Part shown: positions 41,970-51,435 of the stretch, in pieces
Layout: every line of letters starts with the position of its first letter
Numbering within the stretch: the stretch's first letter is position 1
Origin: Candidatus Kaiserbacteria bacterium RIFCSPHIGHO2_02_FULL_55_25
Lineage (GTDB): Bacteria > Patescibacteriota > Minisyncoccia > Phycocordibacterales > UBA2100
DNA length: 52,679 bases
Direction: 5' to 3'
NCBI GenBank assembly: GCA_001781335.1
Contig: MFLL01000010.1
Location: forward strand, 1 to 52,679
Notes under the pieces: model-generated
The model's input: the letters and a program-made list of their open reading frames with translations, nothing else
What the model was told of the DNA's origin: nothing
Database searches by the model: none
Position numbers and translations under genes: made by a program

Positions 41970-44343
41970 AACCTCTGGCAAGAAACTTCGACTCGTCTTG
42001 CTCGACAGTCACGCGATTTTGCACCGCGCGTACCACGCGCTCCCTGATTTTTCTTCAAGCAAGGGCGAGCCGACGGGCGCACTCTACGGGCTCATCCTAA
42101 TGCTCCTCAAAATCAAGAGCGACTTGAAACCCGATTACATCGTCGCCGCGCGCGACTTGCCCGGTACGACACATCGTCACGAACTTTTTGCGGACTACAA
42201 AGCGAAGCGCGTGAAAGCCGAGGATGAGCTTGTGGCACAGCTCGAGCGCGCGCCGAAAATATTCCAAGCGTTCGGCATCCCCGTCTACCAAAAAGAAGGG
42301 TACGAAGCCGACGACGTATTGGGGACTATCGTCAAACAGATACGCACGCGCGCCGATATCGAAACCATTATCGCCTCGGGCGACATGGATACGCTCCAGC
42401 TTGTGGGCGAGCGGGTAAAAGTGTTTACCCTGCGCAAAGGACTCTCCGACACAGTGCTCTACGACATCGACCGCGTGAAAGAGCGTTACGGATTCGGACC
42501 CGAGCACGTCGTCGACTACAAGGCACTGCGCGGCGACCCGTCCGACAACATTCCCGGCGTCAAAGGCATCGGCGAGAAGACGGCGACCGAACTCATTCAG
42601 CAGTTCGGCTCCGTAGATGCGATATACAAGGTGCTCAATAAAAATCCGAAAGAGTTGGAGAAAGCCGGTGTGAAGCCGCGCGTCGTCGAGCTCTTGCGCG
42701 CGGGTAAGGAGAGCGCCGCGTTTTCCAAACAACTCGCAACGATTCACCCCGATGTGCCGGTACATTTCTCACTGCCGGACCACAAGTGGGACATGCCCGA
42801 GCATGTCGCGACTATCGATGCGCTGTGCGACGAACTCGAGTTCCGCTCCGTCAAAGAGCGTCTGCATAGCGTGCTTCACAGCGGCGAAGCGAAAGCGGAA
42901 CCTGCGGACGAGACATCGGTGAACCCGGCGGCGCTCGAAGAAGCGTCGGTCGCGCTGTGGCTCCTGCGCAGCGACCTCACCACGCCCACACTCGACGACA
43001 TTCTGCAGTACGCGGAAACGAAAGATTTTGAAAAGGCGCGCGAGAAAATATTTGCCGACCTCAAGAAAACAGGACGGCTCGCGGAGGTATACGAACACAT
43101 AGAAAAGCCGCTCATTCCGGTCGTGCATTGCATGAACGAAACGGGCGTCTATATCGACGTACAATATCTTGCGGGTCTTTCAAAAGAGTACGGAGATGAG
43201 CTCGGCACAATCAGTGCGCGAATCTACAAACAAGCGGGACACGAGTTCAATATCAATTCACCAAAGCAGCTTGGGGTGGTCCTGTACGACGAACTCAAGA
43301 TAACGCCCGCAAAACAGAAGAAGACGGCGACCGGCGCGCGCACCACTCGCGAGGAAGAGCTCGCAAAGATGTCGGATCTGCATCCGGTTATTGCCGATAT
43401 TCTTGCGTACCGCGAACTGCAAAAGCTCCTCTCGACCTACATCGAGAAAATCCCCCCGCTCATAGCAGACGACAAACGACTGCATGCGCAATTCCTCCAG
43501 ACAGGTACGGTGACCGGCCGCATGGGATGTCAGGACCCGAATCTCCAGAACATTCCCATCCGCACGGAGTACGGCAAACGCATCCGCTCCGCGTTCGCGG
43601 CCGAAAAGGGCTTTATTCTGGCCGCAATAGACTACTCGCAAATAGAGCTGCGTATCGCGGCGGGTCTTTCGGGTGACGAGAAGCTCGTGCGGGTATTCAA
43701 AGAGGGTCGCGACGTACACACCGAGGTCGCGTCGAAAGTATTCAACGTGCCGGCGGACAAGGTGGACTACGAAATGCGTCGCAGGGCCAAGATAATAAAT
43801 TTCGGCATTCTCTACGGCATGGGAGTCAATGCGCTACGCGCGAATCTCGGCGAGGGAGTGTCCCGCGACGACGCGGCGCGCTACCTCGACGGTTATTTCA
43901 AGAATTTTTCCGGCCTCGCGCGTTTCATCGAAAAGACGAAAGCCGACGCCGCGCGACTCGGATATACCGAGACACTCTTCGGCCGTCGGCGGTATTTCAG
44001 CGGATTCAAATCTTCGTTGCCGGGTCTGCGTGCGCAGGCCGAGCGCATGGCGATGAACGCTCCGATGCAGGGCACGCAGGCCGACATCATCAAGCTCGCG
44101 ATGGTGGAGGCGGATACGCTCATCGAAAAAAACGGTTGGCGCGACAAAGTGCGGCTCCTGATGCAGGTGCACGACGAGCTTGTGTATGAAGTGGATGAAA
44201 AAGACGCGGAGCAAATCGCGCACACACTTCGCGATGTGATGGAGGGTGTCGCGGATGCGAAACTCCTCAGCGGCGTGCCTATTGTGGCGGAGATTGCTCT
44301 GGGGGAGAATTGGGGAACAACAAAACGCATTGCACGCTCATAG
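41947..44343 (+). CDS. polA: DNA polymerase I (5'-3' exonuclease + polymerase domains)
   Basis: LLDSHAILHRAYHA..., GDPSDNIPGVKGIGEKTA (5' nuclease). DYSQIELRI, RRRAKIINFGILYGM, QVHDELV (pol motifs A/B/C). Alternative start at 41920. Confidence 0.95.
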   Translation: MAAKKKTETSGKKLRLVLLDSHAILHRAYHALPDFSSSKGEPTGALYGLILMLLKIKSDLKPDYIVAARDLPGTTHRHELFADYKAKRVKAEDELVAQLERAPKIFQAFGIPVYQKEGYEADDVLGTIVKQIRTRADIETIIASGDMDTLQLVGERVKVFTLRKGLSDTVLYDIDRVKERYGFGPEHVVDYKALRGDPSDNIPGVKGIGEKTATELIQQFGSVDAIYKVLNKNPKELEKAGVKPRVVELLRAGKESAAFSKQLATIHPDVPVHFSLPDHKWDMPEHVATIDALCDELEFRSVKERLHSVLHSGEAKAEPADETSVNPAALEEASVALWLLRSDLTTPTLDDILQYAETKDFEKAREKIFADLKKTGRLAEVYEHIEKPLIPVVHCMNETGVYIDVQYLAGLSKEYGDELGTISARIYKQAGHEFNINSPKQLGVVLYDELKITPAKQKKTATGARTTREEELAKMSDLHPVIADILAYRELQKLLSTYIEKIPPLIADDKRLHAQFLQTGTVTGRMGCQDPNLQNIPIRTEYGKRIRSAFAAEKGFILAAIDYSQIELRIAAGLSGDEKLVRVFKEGRDVHTEVASKVFNVPADKVDYEMRRRAKIINFGILYGMGVNALRANLGEGVSRDDAARYLDGYFKNFSGLARFIEKTKADAARLGYTETLFGRRRYFSGFKSSLPGLRAQAERMAMNAPMQGTQADIIKLAMVEADTLIEKNGWRDKVRLLMQVHDELVYEVDEKDAEQIAHTLRDVMEGVADAKLLSGVPIVAEIALGENWGTTKRIARS

Positions 44344-44345
44344 CC

Positions 44346-44972
44346 ATGCTTTACTTTTTTACCGGTACGGATACGGAAACACTTCGCGGGAAGATGAGCG
44401 CGGCTGTCGGAAAGTTTTCCAAAGGGAAAAATATCGTCCGCATTACCGATGCACACTCTGCCGCCGACCTCGATGCGGCGCTCGGCGGCGCGGGAATGTT
44501 CGGAGATGAGCGCGTCGTCGTTCTCGACAACGTGCTCGGTAACGAGGAATTGCGGGAGCGGCTTCTTGCCCGTCTCAAAGATATCGCAAAGTCTGACGAC
44601 GTATTTTTTATGCTCGAGAGCGGCATTGATGCGGATACGCGCAAGTCGGTGGAGAAGTATGCGGAGAAGACGGAGCGATATGACGCACCAAAAAAAGAGC
44701 GCGACAACTCAATATTTTCATTGGCGAACGCGCTCCAACGGGGACAACGCAAAGAGCTGTGGGTCGGCTACCAGCGTGAATTGCTCAAAGGAAGCGCGCC
44801 GGAGGCGATTCACGGGACGCTATTTTGGGCCGCAAAACAAGCGTTTTTGCGCTCCGACACCCCCCGCAGCCGCGAACTCGTCGCGCGGCTCGCCGGACTT
44901 CCTCATGAAGCCCGCCGCAAGGGCTTTGACCTCGAATATGCACTCGAGCATTTCGTGCTGTCTCGAGTGTGA
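44346..44972 (+). CDS. holA: DNA polymerase III delta subunit-like protein (short)
   Basis: MLYFFTGTD...MFGDERVVVLDNV...DVFFMLESGIDADTRKSVEKY...IFSLANAL resembles HolA N-terminal domains. At 208 aa it is short. Confidence 0.5.
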   Translation: MLYFFTGTDTETLRGKMSAAVGKFSKGKNIVRITDAHSAADLDAALGGAGMFGDERVVVLDNVLGNEELRERLLARLKDIAKSDDVFFMLESGIDADTRKSVEKYAEKTERYDAPKKERDNSIFSLANALQRGQRKELWVGYQRELLKGSAPEAIHGTLFWAAKQAFLRSDTPRSRELVARLAGLPHEARRKGFDLEYALEHFVLSRV

Positions 44973-46279
44973 TATCGTTTTGGTACATGACGCTCACAAA
45001 GCAGTCGGTTATCTTTATCGTCGGATTTGTTGCGTTAGGTTTTTTCTTGTTCGCACCGCGCGTGGACGCCGTCGGTTTGGAAGCAGACGCAATGTGTAAT
45101 CCCGTCATCCTGCAGTGTGGTTGCGGACAAATAATGGGTTCAAAAGGTTGTATCGGCGGTCCCAACATGTGGAAATGCCCGTGCTATGACACAACGAACA
45201 CATTTGGTTCCAGCGGAATATGTGTTGCCCCCATGAAGTGTTTAGCACAATCCACCGGCGGACCTGATGGATTTGGACTCGACATCGTGAAATCCATGCT
45301 CGGCGAGCTTATGAAAAAGCTCATGCAAGGCGGCGGAGGCGGCGGAGGGGGAGGTGGCGGCTCCGGCACCGGCCCCGACGGCACAGGCGGTCCGACCGGC
45401 TGCGGCTCATACGTCGCGACGTCCGATGTCACTCAAGTTTCCACGTCTAATACCGGAGGCGTTTGCTATTACTATCAATCGCCGGTCTCGAGCCTGCTCA
45501 GCGGGAACGATACGACCAACGGCAATGGGTTGAGTCTGTCCGAGCAGCTCAATGCACTCACCGATAATAACGCGAACACGCTTACAAACAACAACGCCAA
45601 CACGAGCGACACGCTCAATCGTCAGTTAAACGCGCGCGTCTCCACTTCCACACCGACAACTACGCGGACAATTTTGACGCAAGGCGTTCAGGGCGCGCTC
45701 ATATCCGGAATCCGCGGCGACATGCAGGTCTTCGGCAACGGAGTCACCATTTTGGCGGCCTCGGTGGATGCAAGCGGCAACAGCAGTACCGCCGGATTCT
45801 ACGGTGCGAGCTCCGTTACGGGTCAGCCGGTGAATACGATAGTAAATCTCTGCAAGGGCCGTCCGTGGTCGAAACATATGCTCTCGTATGCACTCCCGCC
45901 GACGTTCTTTGACAGTCTGTGTATCATGCGCGGATATTCAGTGGGGACCGCGCCCGCCGCCGCACCAAGCGTCAAAATAGTGCAGAAGGTCGCCACCTCC
46001 AGCGCCGCCACCACGACGGCTCCCGTTCTGCCGCCCAAAGTCAGCATCTGGTCGGTGCCGCCGACCGTGCCGCTCGGCTCGCGTACGTCGATATTTTGGA
46101 CTTCACAGGGCGTGAAGGACTGCACGATTACGTCGCCCGACGGCGCCTTCTCCCAAACGGCTCCCGCCGGAAGCGCTTCGACGGTGGCGCTCACAAAAAC
46201 GACGGCGTTCACTATTGCCTGCGTCGCTCCCGACGGAAAGCCGTTTACCGACTCCGTGACAGTGAACCTTTCGCAGTAA
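44969..46279 (+). CDS. secreted Cys-rich protein with poly-Gly linker, paralogue of 46349..48058
   Basis: Signal IFIVGFVALGFFLFAPRVDA (alternative ATG at 44987). Gly11 run at nt ~45328-45360. Shared FGLDxVK..LG.LM.KLMQGG block and a highly similar ~200-aa C-terminus. Confidence 0.7.
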   Translation: MISFWYMTLTKQSVIFIVGFVALGFFLFAPRVDAVGLEADAMCNPVILQCGCGQIMGSKGCIGGPNMWKCPCYDTTNTFGSSGICVAPMKCLAQSTGGPDGFGLDIVKSMLGELMKKLMQGGGGGGGGGGGSGTGPDGTGGPTGCGSYVATSDVTQVSTSNTGGVCYYYQSPVSSLLSGNDTTNGNGLSLSEQLNALTDNNANTLTNNNANTSDTLNRQLNARVSTSTPTTTRTILTQGVQGALISGIRGDMQVFGNGVTILAASVDASGNSSTAGFYGASSVTGQPVNTIVNLCKGRPWSKHMLSYALPPTFFDSLCIMRGYSVGTAPAAAPSVKIVQKVATSSAATTTAPVLPPKVSIWSVPPTVPLGSRTSIFWTSQGVKDCTITSPDGAFSQTAPAGSASTVALTKTTAFTIACVAPDGKPFTDSVTVNLSQ

Positions 46280-46348
46280 AAGGACGCTTCATCAAAATAT
46301 ACACTTGGGCAATTTGAGTTTCCGCGGGCGTGCTATCATTTTAACTAC

Positions 46349-48058
46349 ATGGTAACGACAATGAGGCAACAGATTTTCCTCGGTGCGATTATTGTTGCGT
46401 GTTTGTTTGTTTTTACTCCGCGTGCGGCCGATGCGGTCGGCTTGGAAGGGGATATTCTTTGCGGAACGAAATACTGTTATCCGGGAAACTGCAAACAGAA
46501 TCCGAAAGATCCGAAATGTGTACCGTGCCCGACCGTAGCTTGCCCCGACAATACGAACGGGTACAAGACTCCGGCGACATGCGTCAGTAGCAAGCCCGGC
46601 AAGTGCGAGGCGAAAGGCGCGGCGGGCGGTGACAAGTTCGGACTCGATTTGGTCAAGCAGGTTCTCGGAAGCCTGATGCAAAAACTCATGCAAGGCGGTC
46701 AGGGTAGTGGGAGCGGCAGTGGGAGCGGGTCGGGTTCGGGAGGCGTACCTATAGACAGGACTCAGCCGACCTGCTCACTCACGTCCACTGTAGACGGTAC
46801 GGACGCCTCAAGTACGAAGGCGACGCTTTCGTGGACGTCTTCGTCCGACGTGACGAGCGCGACAATCAGTCCGGATATCGGTTCGGTGCCGCCGAACGGC
46901 TCACAGCGAGTGTCAGTCACCGAGCCGCTCGCTCTCTACAGTATGACGGTGACGGGGCCCGGCGGAACGGGCGCTTGTTACAAAACAATTTCCGGACCCG
47001 GAGGAGGCGGTGAATGCACCGACATCAGTCGGGCACTCGGGACGTGTGGAGGCGGGGGCGACGGCACGGACACCACGACGGGGGATTTGAATGTGGAGGT
47101 CGCAAGAGGTGACGTGCCGTTCCAAGCGGTGTTCTCGGTGTCCGCCGGAGCGTGCAGGACAGCCGATTTGTTGCTCGACTACGGCGACGGCAGTTCCCCT
47201 GTGACGGTGTTTGTCGCGAACGAAACCACTATGCCCGCCACGTGCACCGGCGAGTCCGTTTCCGCTTCACCAGAGCACACATATCACAACGCCGGCTCCT
47301 ACACAGCCGAGCTCACCAATTCGGCAACACGCTCGGCAGTATCGTCGGTAAACATCACCGCAACCACCCCGCCGCAGGACGAAGACGAAGACGGAGACAA
47401 CACGACACGTCCCGCGGCAACCAACACGTTGCCGGTCATTGTGCCGCAGGGTGTGATACAAGGACTTACCTCGGGGGTGAGCGGCGACATTCAGATACTG
47501 GGAAGCGGCGGCACGATACTCGCGGGTTCGGTGGACCCGAGCGGCAACAGTGTCACCGCGGGTTTCTTCGGCTCAAACACGTACACCGGCCAGCCGACCG
47601 GGGTCATCGTCAATCTCTGCAGGAGTCGTCCGTGGGCGGGCAATATTCTCTCGTACATCCTTCCGGCTTCATTCTTTGACAGTCTGTGCGCACTGCGCGG
47701 CTACCAAGTGGGCATACCGAAGCCCGCCACCCCGACAGTTACCGTTTTCCAGAGTGGTCCAAAAAAGGCGAAGGCGACCACCGTCGCGACGACAACAACG
47801 CCGGTAGTCCCGCCGAAGGTGAACATCTGGGCGGTGCCGGCATCCGTGCCGCTCGGCTCGCGTACCTCGGTATTCTGGAGTTCGCAGGGCGTGACGAACT
47901 GCACTGAAACGTCGCCCGACGGTAGCTTCTCGCAGAATTCGCTTAGCGGCGGGGCTTCCACAGTCGCACTCACCGGCGCAACAACGTTCACGATGTCCTG
48001 CATCGCCCCCGACGGCTCGCATGTGACGGATTACGTGACGGTGAATCTCTCTATCTAA
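46349..48058 (+). CDS. secreted Cys-rich protein with (GS)n linker and PKD-like insert, paralogue of 44969..46279
   Basis: Signal FLGAIIVACLFVFTPRAADA. GSGSGSGSGSGSG at nt ~46694-46744. LLLDYGDGSSPV...HTYHNAGSYTAELT PKD motif. C-terminus collinear with the first copy. Confidence 0.7.
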   Translation: MVTTMRQQIFLGAIIVACLFVFTPRAADAVGLEGDILCGTKYCYPGNCKQNPKDPKCVPCPTVACPDNTNGYKTPATCVSSKPGKCEAKGAAGGDKFGLDLVKQVLGSLMQKLMQGGQGSGSGSGSGSGSGGVPIDRTQPTCSLTSTVDGTDASSTKATLSWTSSSDVTSATISPDIGSVPPNGSQRVSVTEPLALYSMTVTGPGGTGACYKTISGPGGGGECTDISRALGTCGGGGDGTDTTTGDLNVEVARGDVPFQAVFSVSAGACRTADLLLDYGDGSSPVTVFVANETTMPATCTGESVSASPEHTYHNAGSYTAELTNSATRSAVSSVNITATTPPQDEDEDGDNTTRPAATNTLPVIVPQGVIQGLTSGVSGDIQILGSGGTILAGSVDPSGNSVTAGFFGSNTYTGQPTGVIVNLCRSRPWAGNILSYILPASFFDSLCALRGYQVGIPKPATPTVTVFQSGPKKAKATTVATTTTPVVPPKVNIWAVPASVPLGSRTSVFWSSQGVTNCTETSPDGSFSQNSLSGGASTVALTGATTFTMSCIAPDGSHVTDYVTVNLSI

Positions 48059-48123
48059 TTCGAGCTTTGCATTCTCTGCGTGTCAGCGGTAAAACCCCGC
48101 TTATGCTATATTTCGTTCCATCG

Positions 48124-48196
48124 CCGCCCATAGCTCAGTTGGTAGAGCAGCGACCTTTTAAGTCGACGGTCCCAGGTTCGATCCCTGGTGGGCGGA
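48124..48196 (+). tRNA. tRNA-Lys (anticodon UUU), 73 nt, no encoded CCA
   Basis: Hand-folded cloverleaf: acceptor CCGCCCA/TGGGCGG, D arm GCTC-AGTTGGTA-GAGC, anticodon loop CTTTTAA, T arm CCAGG-TTCGATC-CCTGG, discriminator A. The first pair is C1:G72. Confidence 0.9.
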
Positions 48197-48202
48197 CAAA
48201 GA

Positions 48203-48547
48203 TTACAGCGGCAAGTCGAAGGCGATAGCGCCGGCGCCTGTTACCACAAGCGAGAGACACATGACGAGCGCGAGGAGCGCCGTCGAGCGTGGACTCGTGC
48301 GCAGTGAGGGCACAAAATATCCGGCGAGAATGAGAGCGCCCGCGCACAGCGCGACAGCTTGCGTCCATGCGCCCGCGACGAGTGCCGCGGCGACGGCGAT
48401 TTCGACAATGGCGAACACACGCATCGTGAGAGACGGCTCTGAAATGTGCCGCCACGACGCACCGGCAAACAGAATGGCGAGCGCAATGCGGATGATAAAC
48501 GCCGAAAGCGGAGCAAGAAACAGTATTTGCGGGAATAGTGAAAGCAT
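48203..48547 (-). CDS. DoxX-family membrane protein
   Basis: 114 aa, four hydrophobic helices, C-terminal TGAGAIAFD resembling the DoxX GxGxxSLD end. Confidence 0.6.
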   Translation of the reverse strand: MLSLFPQILFLAPLSAFIIRIALAILFAGASWRHISEPSLTMRVFAIVEIAVAAALVAGAWTQAVALCAGALILAGYFVPSLRTSPRSTALLALVMCLSLVVTGAGAIAFDLPL

Positions 48548-48612
48548 ATGGGTAGGTGTTAGCTCTCAGCTTATAGCTTTTAGAAAATACAACAAGAGGG
48601 TAGCATGCATGG

Positions 48613-49077
48613 ATGGAAATATCGGTACTGCTACATAATATACGCAGCGCGCACAATGTCGGTTCAATATTCCGCACGTGCGACGCCGCAGGTGTTTCGC
48701 GCGTGTATCTCACCGGCTACACGCCGGCGCCGACTGACCGTTTCGGACGTGCGCAAAAAGATATCGCAAAAACGGCCCTCGGCGCCGAGCGCAGCGTGCC
48801 GTGGGAGTACCGCAAAAATCCTTTCACCGTTATCTCAAAATTACGCGACGAGGGCCGACATATCGTTGCGGTTGAACAAACTCCGCGCTCCATCGATTAC
48901 CGGAAGTTCAAAAGCGGGAAACCCACTGTGTTTGTTCTCGGAAATGAAGTGCGCGGGATTTCGAAAAGCATTTTGAACGCGTGCGACTCGGTCGTGGAAA
49001 TCCCCATGCACGGAAAGAAGGAATCACTCAACGTCTCCGTCGCGGCGGGGATTATTTTGTTCGCCGTTGTTCGTTGA
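48613..49077 (+). CDS. SpoU/TrmH-family RNA 2'-O-methyltransferase
   Basis: NIRSAHNVGSIFRTCDAAG, VFVLGNEVRGIS, IPMHGKKESLNVSVAAGIILF motifs. Confidence 0.88.
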   Translation: MEISVLLHNIRSAHNVGSIFRTCDAAGVSRVYLTGYTPAPTDRFGRAQKDIAKTALGAERSVPWEYRKNPFTVISKLRDEGRHIVAVEQTPRSIDYRKFKSGKPTVFVLGNEVRGISKSILNACDSVVEIPMHGKKESLNVSVAAGIILFAVVR

Positions 49078-49079
49078 AA

Positions 49080-49156
49080 GGACGGGGCACACGTTCTGAA
49101 GCCGAGGACTGTTTGAGCGGAGCGAGTTCCGCAGGCAAGGGACGTGTGTCCCGTCC
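49080..49156. repeat. 15-bp inverted repeat (49080-49094 / 49142-49156, 1 mismatch) with 47-nt spacer between convergent genes
   Basis: ggacggggcacacgt ... acgtgtgtcccgtcc. Confidence 0.6.
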
Positions 49157-49161
49157 CAACA

Positions 49162-50127
49162 CTAGTAGCTTATCGCGGCGACCGTGCGCCCCTGCGCGTC
49201 AAGGAGGCGGATGATGTCGTGCTGATTATCCCAAAGCTCGGAAGCGGACGAGAGGTAGATGCGCCACGTGTCGAGCTCAAATGACGACCGTGAGCGCTCA
49301 ATGTCAACGCAGTTGCTGTAGGTAAACGTATTCACGAGGTACGCGCGACAGCCCGGCGTGAGCGAGGACGGCAGATTGACGGGGAAGCTACACTGCGGCA
49401 GTGAACGCGCGAAATCCATACAGTCGCTTCCGTATTGGTGAAGATTTTCGGCGGTGAGCGGAGCGAGCTCGGAGGACGCGGGGCACGCATTTGCAAGCGC
49501 AGGGTCAAACGACTGCACCTGCTCCAAAAATCCGGTACAGCGGTTTTCGCGGAATGAAACGCCGACGGGCGAGGGGCCAGTCACGACAAGCGCGGTTTGC
49601 CCCGGAGCGAGTACGACGGGTGAGAGTTGATTCACGACGCCGATAATAAACGGTGCCGCCGCGCCGGGAATGGGTACGCGCACGCCGCTTACCATGCTCT
49701 GTAGCGACCATCCTGTGAGCGGGACGGCCGAAATGCCTTCGCGTGCGTCGAGCTCCAGATATTCGTGAACGGTACCGCCTTCTCTCGCGTTTGCCTGCGA
49801 GAGCGCGACCATGCCGCGATAGGGCGAGGGGACTCCGTACGAAGTCTGCGTGCCGCCGCTAGCCGCGCCCGTCTCTTCAGGTGTCTGGTCGAGCTGTGCA
49901 TCTCCCGCATCGGTGAGACCGGAGATATCAGGCCCCTGCGGAATGGCGCTCTGCCACGGGAGATTGATTTGATACGTAGACGTCGCGTTGCCCCAGATGA
50001 TGTCAATGGGATTCGGAATGGTGCGTACGAAGTTTCTGACGCTGGTAAATCCGCCGGCCCACAACCACAGGAGAATAAGCAGAATGACGGCCGAGATGAG
50101 TACCCACTTGATAACGGTCCGTATCAT
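49162..50127 (-). CDS. membrane-anchored lamin-tail-domain (LTD) protein
   Basis: TM helix WVLISAVILLILLWLW. HEYLELDAREGISAVPLTGWSLQS and ...DIIRLLDAQGRTVAAISY, the LTD start and end signatures. Confidence 0.65.
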   Translation of the reverse strand: MIRTVIKWVLISAVILLILLWLWAGGFTSVRNFVRTIPNPIDIIWGNATSTYQINLPWQSAIPQGPDISGLTDAGDAQLDQTPEETGAASGGTQTSYGVPSPYRGMVALSQANAREGGTVHEYLELDAREGISAVPLTGWSLQSMVSGVRVPIPGAAAPFIIGVVNQLSPVVLAPGQTALVVTGPSPVGVSFRENRCTGFLEQVQSFDPALANACPASSELAPLTAENLHQYGSDCMDFARSLPQCSFPVNLPSSLTPGCRAYLVNTFTYSNCVDIERSRSSFELDTWRIYLSSASELWDNQHDIIRLLDAQGRTVAAISY

Positions 50128-50134
50128 ATAAGCA

Positions 50135-51433
50135 TTATACGTTCCTCTTGAGAATCTTGCCGAGCTCTTCGCGCACTACTTCACCCTCATTCCACGGACA
50201 TTTCTTCCCGTCAGGTGCGCTTATTTCCGTATCTATCCCCATGCCGGTAATCAAAACGACAACGTCGTCTTGATTACCCCGAGCTTTGTCGAGGGGTGCG
50301 CCCTTCGACAAGCTCAGGGCGATTTCGAGCGCCCTCGAAATCGCCGCGCGTCTGTCCAAAATAATTTCCGGTTTCTTGCTCATGCCACGGGCGATGTCGC
50401 CGGCGATTTTTTCCGGATTCTCATCATACGCGACGTCGTTCGTCACTATGACAGTTTCGCAATAAGTCTCGGCGAGCTTTCCGAGTACGGGGCGTTTCCA
50501 CTTGTCGCGTCCTCCGCCGGTGCATCCGAATACACATATTTTTTTTGCAGAGCCGAAAGTTTTGTACAAGTTTTCAAGCGCTTCCGGTGTGAGCGCATAG
50601 TCCACGACTACGGCAAACTCCTGCCCAGCATCAATGCGGTCCATGCGGCCGGGGATGTTTGTTATTCTTGCGATGCCTTTTTGTATCGCGTCCGCTCCGA
50701 TGCCGAGTGCATGAGCCACTTCCGCCGCCGCGAGCGCGTTTTTGATATAAAACTGACCGCCGAGCTTGACGGACATTTCGGTGCCGTCAAACGTAAAGGT
50801 GCCGCCCAATTCGTCGGCTTTCCACGGCGCCTGTTTATTCAGAGAAAATGCGCGCCGCTTTTCCACGCGGAGCGCGAGATAGCGGGCACCCTGCGAGTCG
50901 TCACCATTCGCTACGATGATACGCGGCCGTTTACCCGACCGCTCCAGTGCACGGCCGATTTCGAATTTTGCGTCCGCGTAGGCCGCAAATGACCCGTGCG
51001 ATTCGATATGCTCCGGCGAGAGATTGGTGAACACGAGCGCGTCCAGCTCGATGCCGCGGTGCCGGTACTGCTGTACGCCCTCCGAGGTCATTTCGACTAT
51101 CGCTACGGTACAGTCGCTCCGGAGCGCGCGCCGGAAGAATCGTTGGATAAAAAACCTGCCGGGCATGGAGCGGCCGGTTGAGGGCAGAGAATGAGTGTCG
51201 ATTTTGACGCGGATGGAATTCGACATAGCCGTCTTGTGTCCGGCCGTTTCGAATATTGAGTTGATGTATTCGGCGGTCGAGGACTTACCATCCGTTCCGG
51301 TGATACCGATGACGGTGAGCCGGCGCGACGGGAATCCGTACACGAGTGCGCCGAGAAGCGCGAGAGAGAAGTGATATGCCGAGAGCAGCGGAGACGGCGT
51401 GAGTCGTCGGAGGAGTTTCTTGATACCGGACAT
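50135..51433 (-). CDS. murE: Mur ligase family protein, MurE-like
   Basis: GITGTDGKSST P-loop, VEMTSEG, FTNLSPEHIESHG, TNDVAYDENPEKI. The N-terminal domain is short. Confidence 0.7.
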   Translation of the reverse strand: MSGIKKLLRRLTPSPLLSAYHFSLALLGALVYGFPSRRLTVIGITGTDGKSSTAEYINSIFETAGHKTAMSNSIRVKIDTHSLPSTGRSMPGRFFIQRFFRRALRSDCTVAIVEMTSEGVQQYRHRGIELDALVFTNLSPEHIESHGSFAAYADAKFEIGRALERSGKRPRIIVANGDDSQGARYLALRVEKRRAFSLNKQAPWKADELGGTFTFDGTEMSVKLGGQFYIKNALAAAEVAHALGIGADAIQKGIARITNIPGRMDRIDAGQEFAVVVDYALTPEALENLYKTFGSAKKICVFGCTGGGRDKWKRPVLGKLAETYCETVIVTNDVAYDENPEKIAGDIARGMSKKPEIILDRRAAISRALEIALSLSKGAPLDKARGNQDDVVVLITGMGIDTEISAPDGKKCPWNEGEVVREELGKILKRNV

Positions 51434-51435
51434 GA

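Noticed and set aside
45328-45360. Poly-Gly-encoding GGC/GGA/GGG run as a sequencing or assembly artefact or frameshift site.
   Set aside because: The reading frame stays open and rejoins sequence collinear with the paralogue, which has a (GS)n tract at the equivalent position. It is best read as a genuine low-complexity linker; length accuracy cannot be verified here.
44969-48058. Diversity-generating retroelement (template/variable repeat) explanation for the two similar C-terminal regions.
   Set aside because: No reverse transcriptase or accessory gene is in the window. Differences between the copies are spread over all bases and include indels and a domain insertion rather than adenine-specific substitutions. 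Ordinary gene duplication explains it.
48123-48197. Possible extra G(-1):C pair extending the tRNA-Lys acceptor stem (g48123 with c48197), and the unusual C1:G72 first pair.
   Set aside because: The 7-bp stem with U8 and the standard D-arm spacing fixes position 1 at 48124. The extra complementarity is a single flanking pair and cannot be interpreted without RNase P or 3'-processing data.
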